DNA of 59,042 nucleotides, filler included, from Porpidia crustulata (taxonomy: Eukaryota): the NCBI GenBank assembly GCA_964255105.1. It is 7 parts of 7 records of this genome, joined end to end, with 100 filler letters (N's around TTAATTAATTAA, not from the genome) between each part and the next. Parts side by side here need not be neighbours in the genome. Positions count along the whole stretch, not along the records: positions 1 to 8,375 come from CAXUWE010001129.1; positions 8,476 to 16,849 come from CAXUWE010001130.1; 5 more parts are not named here. One strand, 5' to 3'. The notes beneath the pieces are model-generated. The model was not told where the DNA came from, did not search any database, and saw nothing but the letters and a program-made list of their open reading frames with translations. Below, piece after piece: positions 1 to 10,871 of this stretch; positions within the stretch are counted from its first letter, which is position 1, and every line of letters begins with the position of its first letter. The translations under genes were made by a program, and so were the position numbers.

Positions 1-113
1 GTGTACAACTGCGGCGAATGCCGCGCTTGAGGTCCTCGGAGGAAAGTATAGTGGCGCGTGGGCGCAGCGGGCCCAGCCTCCGATATCCCTTACCGCGGCT
101 CTACCACGCCGAT

Positions 114-2141
114 TCACAGTAACCCATCCGCCCTCAACAATGCCTTTATAATGGTCTCAAACAAAGGCTTCGCCATGCACGGTGGCACCGCATTGCCAAT
201 CTGCTTCGTGATGCCTCTTTCCCCAAACTTGTGTTCCAGCGGAAACTTCTGCAGACACGCATACTCCCTGTGCGTAAGGCTTCGGGTACCGCTGGGATGG
301 ACCATGCCGTCGCCGCTTGTAGTCATGGTCCTGGCAAGGCGGTCGCCGGTTTCGGCCGGGAGGTTGCGGGAGCGTACGCGGTTGGGGTTGTGGTTCGCCC
401 AGCCTTCGGGGATGGATTCGATGGCTTGGTTGATTGTGATCCAGGGCAAGAGTCCTGTTGGAGGATCGGATGTGTGGGGGGGTTTGGGAAATGGGGGGAG
501 AACTTCGCCGGGGCAAGAGGCTATCATGATGAGACGGGATCGTCGCTGGGGTAGCCCGAAGTCGGCCAGATTGATGACTTTCCAGCGGACACTATAGTTG
601 TGGGAATTGAAAATATGGATGACAGAGGCGAAGAATATAGGATGTCTGGAAGGTAGACCGTCTGTTTGCTCAAGAGTCACGATTCGTGGTTTGGCCCTGA
701 GCAGAATTTGAGCAATGGCGAATAGGGAAGCCTGATTTCTTTCATCATCTTTTCCTTCCGTGGTGTGCGCAGGCGAGTATGGTTGGCAAGGTGGCGAAAT
801 ATGTGCGATGTCAACCTTCAATTCGTGATTCTCTGACAACGAAAGCACTTCGTCGGCCCACAGATTGTATATCGTGCTGTTTTTGAAGTTCCGGGCGAAC
901 GATTTACAAGCCGCCGAGTCCGAATCAAAACCCCATTTCACATTGAGACTGGCCATGATCGCTCCTCGTGACGTTCCACCAGCTCCACAGAAAGAGTCTC
1001 CGAAGGTGTACCGATGACCGTCGGTACGACTGCGAGCCCGAGCGTCATAAAGCATAATGGGCTCAGTCGCGGTGCCGGAACCTGTGCCGATGGAGTGACT
1101 AGACCTTGAACCAAGTTCGAGTCTTGGAGCTTGAGACCTTCTCTCATTCAATACGAAAGCTGATGCTGATTGTTTCGTCACAAGATTTGCCACCTCACCC
1201 CCGTACATTGATGTCGTTGGCCGACCATACGGAGTGACTAGTACAGGAGGACGTCGGCCTTGATGATCTTTGCTTTCCAATCTCAAGAAGTCTTCCTCCC
1301 CAGGCGTCCAACTCTCACAGGCGCCACCCTTGATTGTAGGACCTCTCCAAATTTCTTGAAGTATACCGTCAACTGCGGCCTCGGAGCGTTGATCGCACTC
1401 AGAGGCTCGTAAACGCTGATACATCTGCTCTGATGGACGGTTGCGCTCTCTGTCTTGCGCAGTTTCGTAAATTCGTACATACTTGACTCGGCAGACCAGA
1501 ACATGCTGGGAGACTATGACTTCCTCGCTTTCTCCACTCACATCATCTCGATAGCTCAGATCAGGAAACGAACGATTAGTCAATATTATCCGTCTTCTTT
1601 TAACGACTTCGTCGATTGATCTAGTTTCCATGCCTTGCATCTTACAGTCTCTTGTGTCATCTTGATCGACATGCATTATCCAGCAGACTTCGTTTGTCTT
1701 CTTTTCCAACTGGTCGTTCATGTCCTTGGTCCGTCTGAACAACCAGCCGCGGATAGTGATAACCATCGTATTGACATCCTGAATGACGTACACGATCCTC
1801 ATGAAACTTCCGTCAAGCAACTCTACGTTGGCTTTGGCATTGATCTTTATGTTGTTGTGCAAGCAGAAATCCAAGCTGATGTAAGGTGCGGAAATCGGAA
1901 GGTTCCTCGCGATCCTGATCGGATGACGTTGGTCTGTAATTCCAGGTGAAGGCGGCCGCTCGATACGTGTAATCCAGAATTCGGGCTCTTCGGCAGTCAG
2001 ATCTACAAATTCGTCTTCGTCGCTCTCGGTTATGTCCAGAATCGAATGGGCAATAGGGAGTTCGTCTTTATTATTTCTTCTCTGAATGTTGCTGCCCTGG
2101 GCGGGAAAGTTACCCTGTGAGGTACGGAAGTTGTATGCCAT
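114..2141 (-). CDS. rid: C5 cytosine DNA methyltransferase, RID/Masc1/DmtA family
   Basis: Uninterrupted 675-aa ORF with motif I FCGAGG, motif IV SPPCQ (catalytic Cys), motif VIII PQRRSR, motif IX REYACLQKF and motif X QIGNAVPP. Motif VI reads LEQT instead of ENV, which is diagnostic of the Masc1/RID clade. Confidence 0.92.
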   Translation of the reverse strand: MAYNFRTSQGNFPAQGSNIQRRNNKDELPIAHSILDITESDEDEFVDLTAEEPEFWITRIERPPSPGITDQRHPIRIARNLPISAPYISLDFCLHNNIKINAKANVELLDGSFMRIVYVIQDVNTMVITIRGWLFRRTKDMNDQLEKKTNEVCWIMHVDQDDTRDCKMQGMETRSIDEVVKRRRIILTNRSFPDLSYRDDVSGESEEVIVSQHVLVCRVKYVRIYETAQDRERNRPSEQMYQRLRASECDQRSEAAVDGILQEIWRGPTIKGGACESWTPGEEDFLRLESKDHQGRRPPVLVTPYGRPTTSMYGGEVANLVTKQSASAFVLNERRSQAPRLELGSRSSHSIGTGSGTATEPIMLYDARARSRTDGHRYTFGDSFCGAGGTSRGAIMASLNVKWGFDSDSAACKSFARNFKNSTIYNLWADEVLSLSENHELKVDIAHISPPCQPYSPAHTTEGKDDERNQASLFAIAQILLRAKPRIVTLEQTDGLPSRHPIFFASVIHIFNSHNYSVRWKVINLADFGLPQRRSRLIMIASCPGEVLPPFPKPPHTSDPPTGLLPWITINQAIESIPEGWANHNPNRVRSRNLPAETGDRLARTMTTSGDGMVHPSGTRSLTHREYACLQKFPLEHKFGERGITKQIGNAVPPCMAKPLFETIIKALLRADGLL

Positions 2142-2451
2142 CGTAATCAGCGGCTAGCACGATACTGAGATTTGATGAGACGTATAAGTGACTGATAATG
2201 AAGTGAGATGCGACAGAGAACGGGCAGCTACCACTTAGAGGAGAGAAATGCGATTGAGATCTTGCCGGTTGGATTTGAGATGACCAAAGAAAGCCAGTAC
2301 TGCGTTTATGAACTAAAGGAAAGGCTTTGATAGGAATCCGATCACTTCGTCGAAGTAACAGGTCCTACCTTCAAGGAAGTATACAATGATCTTTAGGCAA
2401 GGATAACTTGGCTTGGACATAAAACATTTGACCAATCTGAGTGTGACAGAG

Positions 2452-2538
2452 ACAGAGGGTTGTGTTTGCAAGATCGATCAAGTGTGTGAGGGGAAAAAAC
2501 AGAGGGCTGTGTTTGCAAAATCGATCAATTGTGTGAGG
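2452..2538. repeat. Direct repeat, 2 x 40 bp (2452-2491, 2499-2538)
   Basis: ACAGAGGGTTGTGTTTGCAAGATCGATCAAGTGTGTGAGG vs ACAGAGGGCTGTGTTTGCAAAATCGATCAATTGTGTGAGG; 37/40 identical. Confidence 0.85.
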
Positions 2539-3418
2539 TCTTTTCACATTCACATATGAGGTCGCCGCACGTTGGGCTCTCTATCGCAGGATTGGGATTA
2601 TTGGAAAGCCATACTTCGTCAATGGGCCATCGTACCCATGACTAGGCTTTACCTTCTCAGGGTACGGTGGCACAGTGGACTGTTGAGGAGACAATGTGAG
2701 TTCCTCTACGGAACATGACGTATTCAAGCATCTTTTGACGTTCATCCGACGAGAATGAGAGTTTGTAGTTTCAGCCACGGTTCAATCCACGAGACCAGCA
2801 GTGACTGATCTTGATGTCTTTTCAGTGTTTTAGAAGACTTGAGACGAGAAAGGCAGTCTTGCAGTCTTTTCGTACGGAGACGACAAAGGATATGATTGGT
2901 CAATGGAATGTGATGCTTAGCGCGAAGCATTAGCTTCATGGACTGACGGTGGGAGAAATTCTTCTTGATTTAATTACGCGTGCTGCAGGCAGTAAGGCTT
3001 CGTCAAGCAGATCAACGATTGAGAGTTCCTCTATCGGTCCTTTCTCAAGGACTGAGCAGATCTTTTACCTGTCGCCAGACGAGACCTGCAAGTACACTCT
3101 GACACCCCACTTTTGCAACACCGGAATATGGGGATACCCAGCTATACCTCTGCTCATTTGCTTGGATGATCACAATTGGAGCGTAAATCTAACAGCTAAA
3201 GGTATGGCATTATTGTGAGAAATTATCTGCCCTTCTATAGCAAACCATTGTTGAGATGAATGTTTTTATTACTTTTAGATGTTAGACTGCTGAGACCAAT
3301 CCTGCGGAGACAAGTCATTCTGAACAGCTTAATACTGAGCATATTATTCTCAAGCCCTTTGCCCGTACTGATTGCTTACTGAAGTCTGGAGACAGGACCC
3401 CGAGCCACACTCTTCAAC

Positions 3419-5171
3419 ATGTGCGGCATCCTTGCCCTTATCCACGCCAATGCGTTGGAAACCTTTGCTGCTAATGAGCTCCACGAGGCTCTTTACCTAC
3501 TTCAACACCGTGCTCAAGATGCGTGTAAAATAACTACCTGTGCCTCTGGTGGTAAGATCTATCAGTGCAAAAGGAATAGCCTGGCATCCAAAGTTTTTGG
3601 GGACGACGGCGCTGAGGAGAGAGATTACCGGATATAATGGGCATTGGGCATTCGAGGCGTCTTACAGGGGGGAATATTGCAAACGCCGAAGCACAACCAT
3701 CCTGTATTAACAGCCCTTGTGGAATTCGCTTTGCACATCGAAAGCGACTCGGAGCTCATCTCTAATATGTCCGCAAATGAGATGAACGTTATAAGAAAAG
3801 CACGTGTAGATGATACAGCCATCTTTACAGCTCTGGAGAGCACAGTGTATGCAGTGTGAGGGAGCTTTGGCTTGTACAACTATGTCTGCTGGTTTCGGCA
3901 TCGTAGGATTCTGTGACGTCTATGGAATCCGTCCATTGGTATTGGGTTCTCATGTAGTAGATTATGGGCATGGTATGGATTATATGATGACCTTTAATCC
4001 GTCGTACTAAAGTAATTGGGTCACAGACACATCATCGATATCGAAACTGGTCAAGCTGTAACCCAGAAAAACTCGAAGCCAGTCATGTTCTAGGCCGATC
4101 CTCGGAAAACCAATCTCTGGGTTTCTTCGAGTAATTCTACTTCATACGACCAGATTCAACAATAGATGTTACCCACATCAGCCAGAGCCGGGGAAACATG
4201 GGCTACAAACTGCAGAACCCATTGAGACGACCTTTTCCTCGACGCCGAAACTCTTGAAAGACGTTGGCGTTGTAATTAGAATTTCAAAAACTTCCATCGC
4301 ACCAGCTCCTTGAGTAGCAGCGTAGCTCAAGAAGCCTTTCCGTCAGAGCTGTGTAAAGACCCATATTGTATTCCGGACATTCATCGTGCCTGGTGAGACA
4401 GCACGAGAAAAGGGTGATGGAAATTGAATGCGATGGATGATGAATTTGCTGGCAAGAGTGGGCTCCTTGTCGACGATAGCACTGTCTGCGATAACACATC
4501 TCGCGAATTATCAACATTGTGCGCGAAGCAGGAGCTCGCAAAGTCTATTTCGTCAGTTGTGCTCCACGAATAACGTAAATTACGCAAGTACGTTACGAAG
4601 GTCTGGACTGATCACAAATGAAGAAAGGCGCACATTTATGGCATCGACCTCGCCTAACCATCAGAGCTTATTGCATATGAGTGGGACGATGAAGCCATCG
4701 TAGAACATGAGCGCTGATAAAGCCATCTTCCAACTGCTCGAGGACCTCGAGAAAGCCTGCACTACCGTAGCATTCCCTGGCACTGAGGCCTAACGGGATC
4801 CAAAGTTCGAAGTTGGCATCTTTGACGAAAAAATATTACTGCTGTGTATGAGGACTACTTTAGGCACTTGAAAAAGGTACGTGGGGAGCCAAAAAGGATG
4901 AAGGTTATGGAGAGTGCGCTGTACGCCGTAGCCAAGGGTTCCGCAGGCAAGAGCGATATCCAAATCGCGACGAATAGTGCTACAGTCGAAGTCGACGGCA
5001 AGGTTATTCATGCTTCGCTACATGAGGGTAAAGGCGAAAGCAGGCCGCTTCAGAACGAAACTTCACATTGGGATGATAGGACGAGGAAAGGGGAGTGGAC
5101 GAGGGCGAGGATCTGACTCCAAGGACTGGATAAATTTTAGTCTACATAATTTCAACGACGAGCGCGAATAA
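3419..5171 (+). pseudogene. ade4: Amidophosphoribosyltransferase (ADE4/purF) pseudogene
   Basis: Colinear fragments in changing frames: [88 protein letters not shown]. Multiple frameshifts and stops (e.g. TAA 4013-4015). Confidence 0.9.
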
Positions 5172-5501
5172 TGTTTGGGTTTTCGACTTCTTGATCGGGT
5201 GTACTTCTAGTTACTGCACGTAGTAATTTGCATGAGCTACTTGCTTGCGAGCTTTGTTATATACTTTCCAACGTAGGTCTTTCCCTAGCTTGTCAGCGAG
5301 TGATGTTGATTGAATGACGCACCCTTTATAGAGGCAGAACATGAGCTCTATGCACTAGGTGAAGACTCGAAGAATTGATATTGACAGACTGCTCATACCA
5401 CATCTAAAAGCTGGGAACCGTCCGCTATGCCCGGATGGGGTCTACGCCTCGTAAGGCGTGCCCTGCAGGGTCTCCGTACCTGCAGCTCGCTTATCGTAGT
5501 G

Positions 5502-5816
5502 ACGCGTAAAGCCACGGTAAGATCGAGCCCGTCATGCCTGTCAACGTCATCGTCCTTGATCTGAAAAGATGCGCTATCGATAAACTTGAATCAAAAGCTG
5601 GTAGGATATGATAATTTCATCGTAAACATCATCAAATAAATGTAGACACATATTGTATCTCAGAATGAACGCGGAATCAAATCGGAGAAAAACTACGTCA
5701 TAAGTTAACGCAGCGCCATATTTCCACATTCACTCTTGCTTTATCGGACAGCTCATGGTCTCCACGTATTTCTCTGTTCAGATCACAGTCGCCTGTATAG
5801 TATACTCATTTTCGCG
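5502..5816. promoter_or_regulatory. Possible MCB (ACGCGT 5502-5507) and SCB-like (CGCGAAA on minus strand, 5810-5816) elements upstream of the glycosylase
   Basis: Exact short-motif matches, typical of G1/S-regulated DNA repair genes, but short enough to occur by chance. Confidence 0.25.
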
Positions 5817-6000
5817 TATTGCGAGTTAATCCTTTCATCACGTCTACCGTTCTGAAAGTTGCCGTGCGACCTTTGGTAACAACAAGTGCTGTCCTTGCGC
5901 GGAGAACTCAGTAAGTCATACGGTCATGCCTATCAATTGAGAGATTACTAAATTTTCCAGAGCGAGCGCAAGAATCGCCGTGCTCAAGCTTCCAGCAACT

Positions 6001-7836
6001 ATGCCTACCCGTGTCACTCGCGGGGCTGCAGCCAAAGAAGCGTCCTCCTTGGCTGCTACTCTGAAGGGCCATGCAAGTAATCCAGCACAAACCAGGCAAA
6101 AGTCCGAACCTGCAAAGAAAGTGTTGTCAAAGACAGAGCTTCTTGAAGAAGACAAAACTGGAGCAAAAACTCAAAGAGACTTGCCACCAGCACCTACCAC
6201 TGTAGCAAAGAAGCGCAAGAGGGTGACTCCGAAAGTCGAAGAAGACCCCAATGAGTTACCGCATAACCTTGGGAATGTTGACGCTCCTGCAGCTACCGAC
6301 GTAAATAGAGTGAAAGGCGAAGATGAGTCGCCGCTGCCGAAAAGGCGAGGCATCAAAAAAGCCTCCGAGAAAGGTCACAAAGTCGACGATGCCGCTCAGA
6401 TCATCAAAAGTAATACCACCAAAGTTGCAGCTAAGTCACCGAGGAAGAAATCCACCAAATCGAAAGACAATCCTTACAGGTTGACCCCAGGGGTGACTCC
6501 ATATCCTGATTGGCCCCATCCCACGGCAGAGGAATGCTACGAGGTCAACGATGTATTGTCCAAGCTTCACGGTAAACAAGGAATGCCACCAAGTATTCCC
6601 CCTCCATCACTTACAATTACTGGATGTGGTGAGGTGCCTTCCATTCTCGATGCGTTGATCCGCACTCTACTGAGTGGAAACACGAGTGGCCGCAATTCAG
6701 CTGCGGCAATGAAAGGTCTCGTGGCAAAGTTTGGCATTCTACAAGAAGGTATTGGCAAAGGCAGTCTGAACTACAACGCCATTCGAGATGCTACATTGGA
6801 TGAGGTAGTCGATGCTATTAAAGAGGGCGGGATGCAGAATAGAAAGGGCAAGTACATCAAAATGCTGCTGGACATCGTCAATGATGAGAATCAAGCGCGT
6901 CGTGACGCTCTTCTCACCGTCAAGAGTGGTCTTGAATCTAGCGTGCCGAAAGGAGCGGAGAATGAGACTCCTAAACAACAAGATGCAGAAATTTCTCAGG
7001 CCGAGGAAAATATCCTGTCTCTTCAACATATTCATTCAATGGAAAAAGACGACGCTATCACCACGATGACCAAATATCCACAGATTGGTGTCAAGACTGC
7101 TGCGTGTGTGGTACTATTCTGTATGCGCAAACCTTGTTTCGCGGTCGATACACATGTCTTTCGTCTTTCCAAGTGGCTCGGATGGATTCCTCCAGACGTC
7201 GGAGCGGACCCAATAACCACTTTCCGTCATCTGGAAGTGATGATCCCAGATGAGCTCAAGTACTCACTGCATCAATTACTCATCAAACATGGAAAGCAAT
7301 GTCCAAGATGCAGAGCGATCACGGGACCGAATAGCGGAGGCTGGGACGATGGATGTGTCATCGATCATTTCGTTAAGAGGACTGGACCGATGAAGGAAGG
7401 ACTTCCCAGAACAAAGTCAGGGAAAGGTAAGAAGGGGAGAAAGGCAGACGGCAGTGAGGATGATGAGTTGGACGAGGAAGATGACCTCGATTCGGAGAGC
7501 GATGTGTCATACTCCGGGAAGAAAGGTAAAGAAAATGCCGATGCTGGTAAAGGAGTCAAAACCGAAAAGAAAGCTAGTCCGATCAAGAGAGCCAAAGGTC
7601 AGAAGACCACAACCCCAACCCTTGACAAGGAACCCAACGAAATCGAAGACGCCGCCATGGAAGCCGTCGCAACCGACATCGCCAAAAACCTACCCAAACC
7701 CAATGCTCACGCAAGTGCATCAAAAACCTCCAAGGGAAAAACAAAGTCAGGCCCGAAAAGCGCCAGAAACTCGACAAGCAACCAGGAGCAGGCAAAAACG
7801 CCAAAGTCCGCCAACGGGCGCGGGCGTAAACAGTAA
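6001..7836 (+). CDS. HhH-GPD superfamily DNA glycosylase (endonuclease III-like base excision repair protein)
   Basis: HhH motif PQIGVKTAACVVLF (Lys kept), FAVDTHVFRL (catalytic Asp), partial Cys cluster HGKQCPRC..GC, K-rich low-complexity termini. First ATG at 6001. Confidence 0.9.
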   Translation: MPTRVTRGAAAKEASSLAATLKGHASNPAQTRQKSEPAKKVLSKTELLEEDKTGAKTQRDLPPAPTTVAKKRKRVTPKVEEDPNELPHNLGNVDAPAATDVNRVKGEDESPLPKRRGIKKASEKGHKVDDAAQIIKSNTTKVAAKSPRKKSTKSKDNPYRLTPGVTPYPDWPHPTAEECYEVNDVLSKLHGKQGMPPSIPPPSLTITGCGEVPSILDALIRTLLSGNTSGRNSAAAMKGLVAKFGILQEGIGKGSLNYNAIRDATLDEVVDAIKEGGMQNRKGKYIKMLLDIVNDENQARRDALLTVKSGLESSVPKGAENETPKQQDAEISQAEENILSLQHIHSMEKDDAITTMTKYPQIGVKTAACVVLFCMRKPCFAVDTHVFRLSKWLGWIPPDVGADPITTFRHLEVMIPDELKYSLHQLLIKHGKQCPRCRAITGPNSGGWDDGCVIDHFVKRTGPMKEGLPRTKSGKGKKGRKADGSEDDELDEEDDLDSESDVSYSGKKGKENADAGKGVKTEKKASPIKRAKGQKTTTPTLDKEPNEIEDAAMEAVATDIAKNLPKPNAHASASKTSKGKTKSGPKSARNSTSNQEQAKTPKSANGRGRKQ

Positions 7837-8375
7837 AGGGCCGGGGAGTATCAGTAATGATAATATCGATATGAACATCCCTGCACTAAAGGCATCGAAA
7901 TCCACGAGGGAACCCAGCGCAAAGGAAAATTTTGACGGCGAGAGCAACACAAGCCCAAAAGAGACCATAGAAGTGAAGTCGAAGTCGCATCCAAAACTTA
8001 GCCCCTCTATAAAAGAAAAAAAGGCCCAAAATCCATCAAAGCTCCCAAAAAGATCTCAAAGACTTTACAATAGCGAACGCGATTAATCCAGACAAGCCCT
8101 AACAATTCCCCCGACCAACACACAAACCCTCCGTTTCATCTTCATTCATTCATTTATTGATCCTTCAATCTCGATACAACTCCTAAGCGCAGACCTCTGT
8201 TGTTTTTGGAGAGAGCGATACGCGGAAATTCTGCTCCCTACTACTCGTTTGTGGCTGTAGGCGTGGCCTTGGGTGTGTATTTATATTTGCTATGAGGATG
8301 TTTCAATGGAGGTATTGATGTTGCAAACTAGACGCACATGAACATCTCCACGAATCTCGTCGCGCTTTCCTATAC

Positions 8376-8475
8376 NNNNNNNNNNNNNNNNNNNNNNNNN
8401 NNNNNNNNNNNNNNNNNNNTTAATTAATTAANNNNNNNNNNNNNNNNNNNNNNNNNNNNNNNNNNNNNNNNNNNN
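8376..8475. other. Artificial contig linker
   Basis: 100 bp of N with central TTAATTAATTAA (stops in all six frames). Confidence 0.99.
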
Positions 8476-9346
8476 CACCCGCATCCCTCCAACTAGGTAT
8501 CTAGCGCCGGGCCTCCCGGTACAAACCTTCCCAAACCTTACCAACCCTTCAGTGCCACAGTGCCTTCCACCTTCCTACCCTTCCACCCTTCCCTAGCTAC
8601 CTTATCCTTCTATCCAGCCTTCCGTGCAGATTCGACAGCCCAAGTAATTAATATAATAGGTACCTGAACAAAAAAGTACTACCCACCTACCTACCTACCC
8701 ACCCATCTACCTACCCATGGAGTTTAGAGGATTAGGTAGGTACTTATGCACTTCTGGCAGCAACGGCCGTTATTCCGCTTTATCTCAACCCCGGAACCGT
8801 CAACTCATGCTAATTGCAATCTGGAAGTCCGCCGGTAACTGATGTCTGCGTTGGAAAATTTGCGATTATCCAGGTTGGGAAGGTACTGGTTTTATTTTCT
8901 CAATGTCCGGTTTGTTCTCTTCATGGACCGAGGGCGATAGAGAGAGATTGTGCGAGATTATGCAAGATTCGCAGGCCTCGAGGGGAAGGTTAAGGAGGCA
9001 GTGTTCCGTTTGGACTAGTTCGCTGTAGTGTACGGAGATTGTTGTGTATGACTATCATCATTTCAAAGGCTTGTGGATGTGTCATGCCCATGGAAATAAA
9101 TAGGGTCTAGCAAAACCCGGAGACGAAATCCTCGACCGACGCCAGTACATGCAAGGAAGAGCTTATCCAAAACTCTCGCTTGCGCAAAAACACCGTTGGA
9201 TTCTCGAAGCGAGCCCAATCCCTACATCTCCGGATCCAACCCAAAAGAAGCCTTGTCCCTTTCTCCAACCGATTGGCCCCCGTGCAACCAGCGATGCTTC
9301 TGATTCCTTATCGTCCAGGTGATAACGGTCGCCCCTGCAGTTTCAC

Positions 9347-10871
9347 CTAGGATGTTGCCCCCGGCGGATCTCTCCTGAACCCTTCTTCGCTTCCCTCGGC
9401 GCTTCTCTCCAGCTTCTCGCCCGTATCACGAGCCCTGCCATCTTTGGCGGGGCCAAATGTAGCCCATGCAATCACGCCTACCCATGTAATCCAGACCAGT
9501 GCCGCAAGAACACCGTATGCAATCTCATACGGCCTGTCGGCTTCGGTCAATCGAAGGCCCAATCCACCGTTGATGATGCCCAGGGTAATTATGATGCGGC
9601 CGACCCATACGTGAGAAGCGGTCCAGAATGTTCTGCGGTCGTATTGTTTGAACATGTAATGGTGGACGAGACCGAGGATGGGTTGAAAGGCAAGACAGCC
9701 GATAACGACGAGACCAATCACCGGGTGATACGAATCAATCTATTTGTGATTCGCGTAGTTAGAAACATGCGAAGTAGCTTAGGGATTTTGGGAGGTTGCG
9801 TACAACGTAATCAGGTTTGATAGCAAGCCATACTCCAAGTCCCAAGCCCGCTAGTGCCAGCACGTATCCAAAGATCTGAGTGGCGGCATGCCACCAAATC
9901 AAGCCTCGGAACGAGAGAACCCGCATCGCGATCGCACCAAGAGGGAAGAAGGCGACAAAGGCGACGCCCAACAAGGCTCCGTGTGCAAATACAGCTTGAT
10001 GACGTCCAGGTATGGGTGGGGGATCGCCTCCCGACGCTGTTCCTGAATTGTCCCCAGACGATGCTCCCGAGCTGTCCCCTGACGACCCAGTGGAATTGCC
10101 CCCGGAACTGCTGTCACTACTACCGGAAGGACTCTGAGCAGAGGCGGCAGCTGTGGGCGATGAACCATCTGCTGCAGTGGCAGTAACAGCGGCGTTGACG
10201 AAAGGATCGGGTGAGTTTCCTCCTTTGGCTTTGGACAGGTCGAGGTTGAACGATCCCGCCTGGGTGTGTTGGTGGAGTTTAGTCGATACATCGCTAGAGG
10301 CAATGGCAGGACCATCTTTGAGGGCCCATATCCACGAGCTTTGACTCGATGAGAGGTCCATGGTACCACCGGCCCACGATGAACAATTCGAACCTGAAAG
10401 TACAAAGGTGAGTGTTATGGTCTCTTCGTGCAAATTGCAACGACTTACATCGCACGTTGGCCGTCATTGTGCCATTAGCAATGCTCGACCCTTCAAGTAC
10501 GGTAATCTGGGTACCGCTAGGATACACCGGCATCACATTGCCCACGCCTTTCCGGGGAGAAACGGTGACGTTGTTCCCGCTGGCATCAGCATAGACAAAG
10601 AAGATATTGGCGCCAGCCATTTGGCTGCCTTGACCTAAGCCTATCCATTGGTATGTCGCCGGCCCCTGGACCTGAAAGAATAGATCGCCAGTGTTACTGC
10701 CAGGCACGTTGACGCTGTAGCAAAGGCCGTTTGCTTCAGACGGACAGTATTTTGTTGTTTGTGCGTATACTGAGGCAACTGCAGTAGCGGTTAGCTGAGG
10801 CTTGGGAGTTTGGTAGACAATGCTATGAACCTACCAAGCCCAACAGCTGCAGCCAATCTTAGTGTTATCAT
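9347..10871 (-). CDS. Membrane DOMON (CDH-cytochrome-like) + cytochrome b561 domain protein, multi-exon
   Basis: Signal peptide MITLRLAAAVGL/VASVYA, DOMON-like WIGLGQGSQMAGA..VTVSPR..HQH, Ser/Gly linker, b561 helices with His ligands (AHGALL, WWHAATQ, LVHH, SHVWVGR). GT-AG introns. Confidence 0.85.

Noticed and set aside
58..597. 179-aa plus-strand ORF
   Set aside because: Antisense shadow of the GC-rich rid 3' end, with no recognisable motifs.
2581..3218. Short ORFs between rid and the ade4 relic
   Set aside because: No recognisable domain or consistent exon structure.
7454..8086. 210-aa ORF overlapping the glycosylase 3' end
   Set aside because: A/C-rich, T-poor sequence lacks stops by composition. 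An ancestral frameshifted tail cannot be excluded, but nothing supports a separate gene.
8420..8431. Recurrent TTAATTAATTAA as a biological repeat or CRISPR-like spacer
   Set aside because: Always centred in a 100-bp N block; it is a synthetic six-frame stop linker.
8680..8745. CCTA/TAGG-rich tracts (also near 11166-11215) as telomeric repeats
   Set aside because: Degenerate tetranucleotide microsatellite-like sequence, not TTAGGG arrays.
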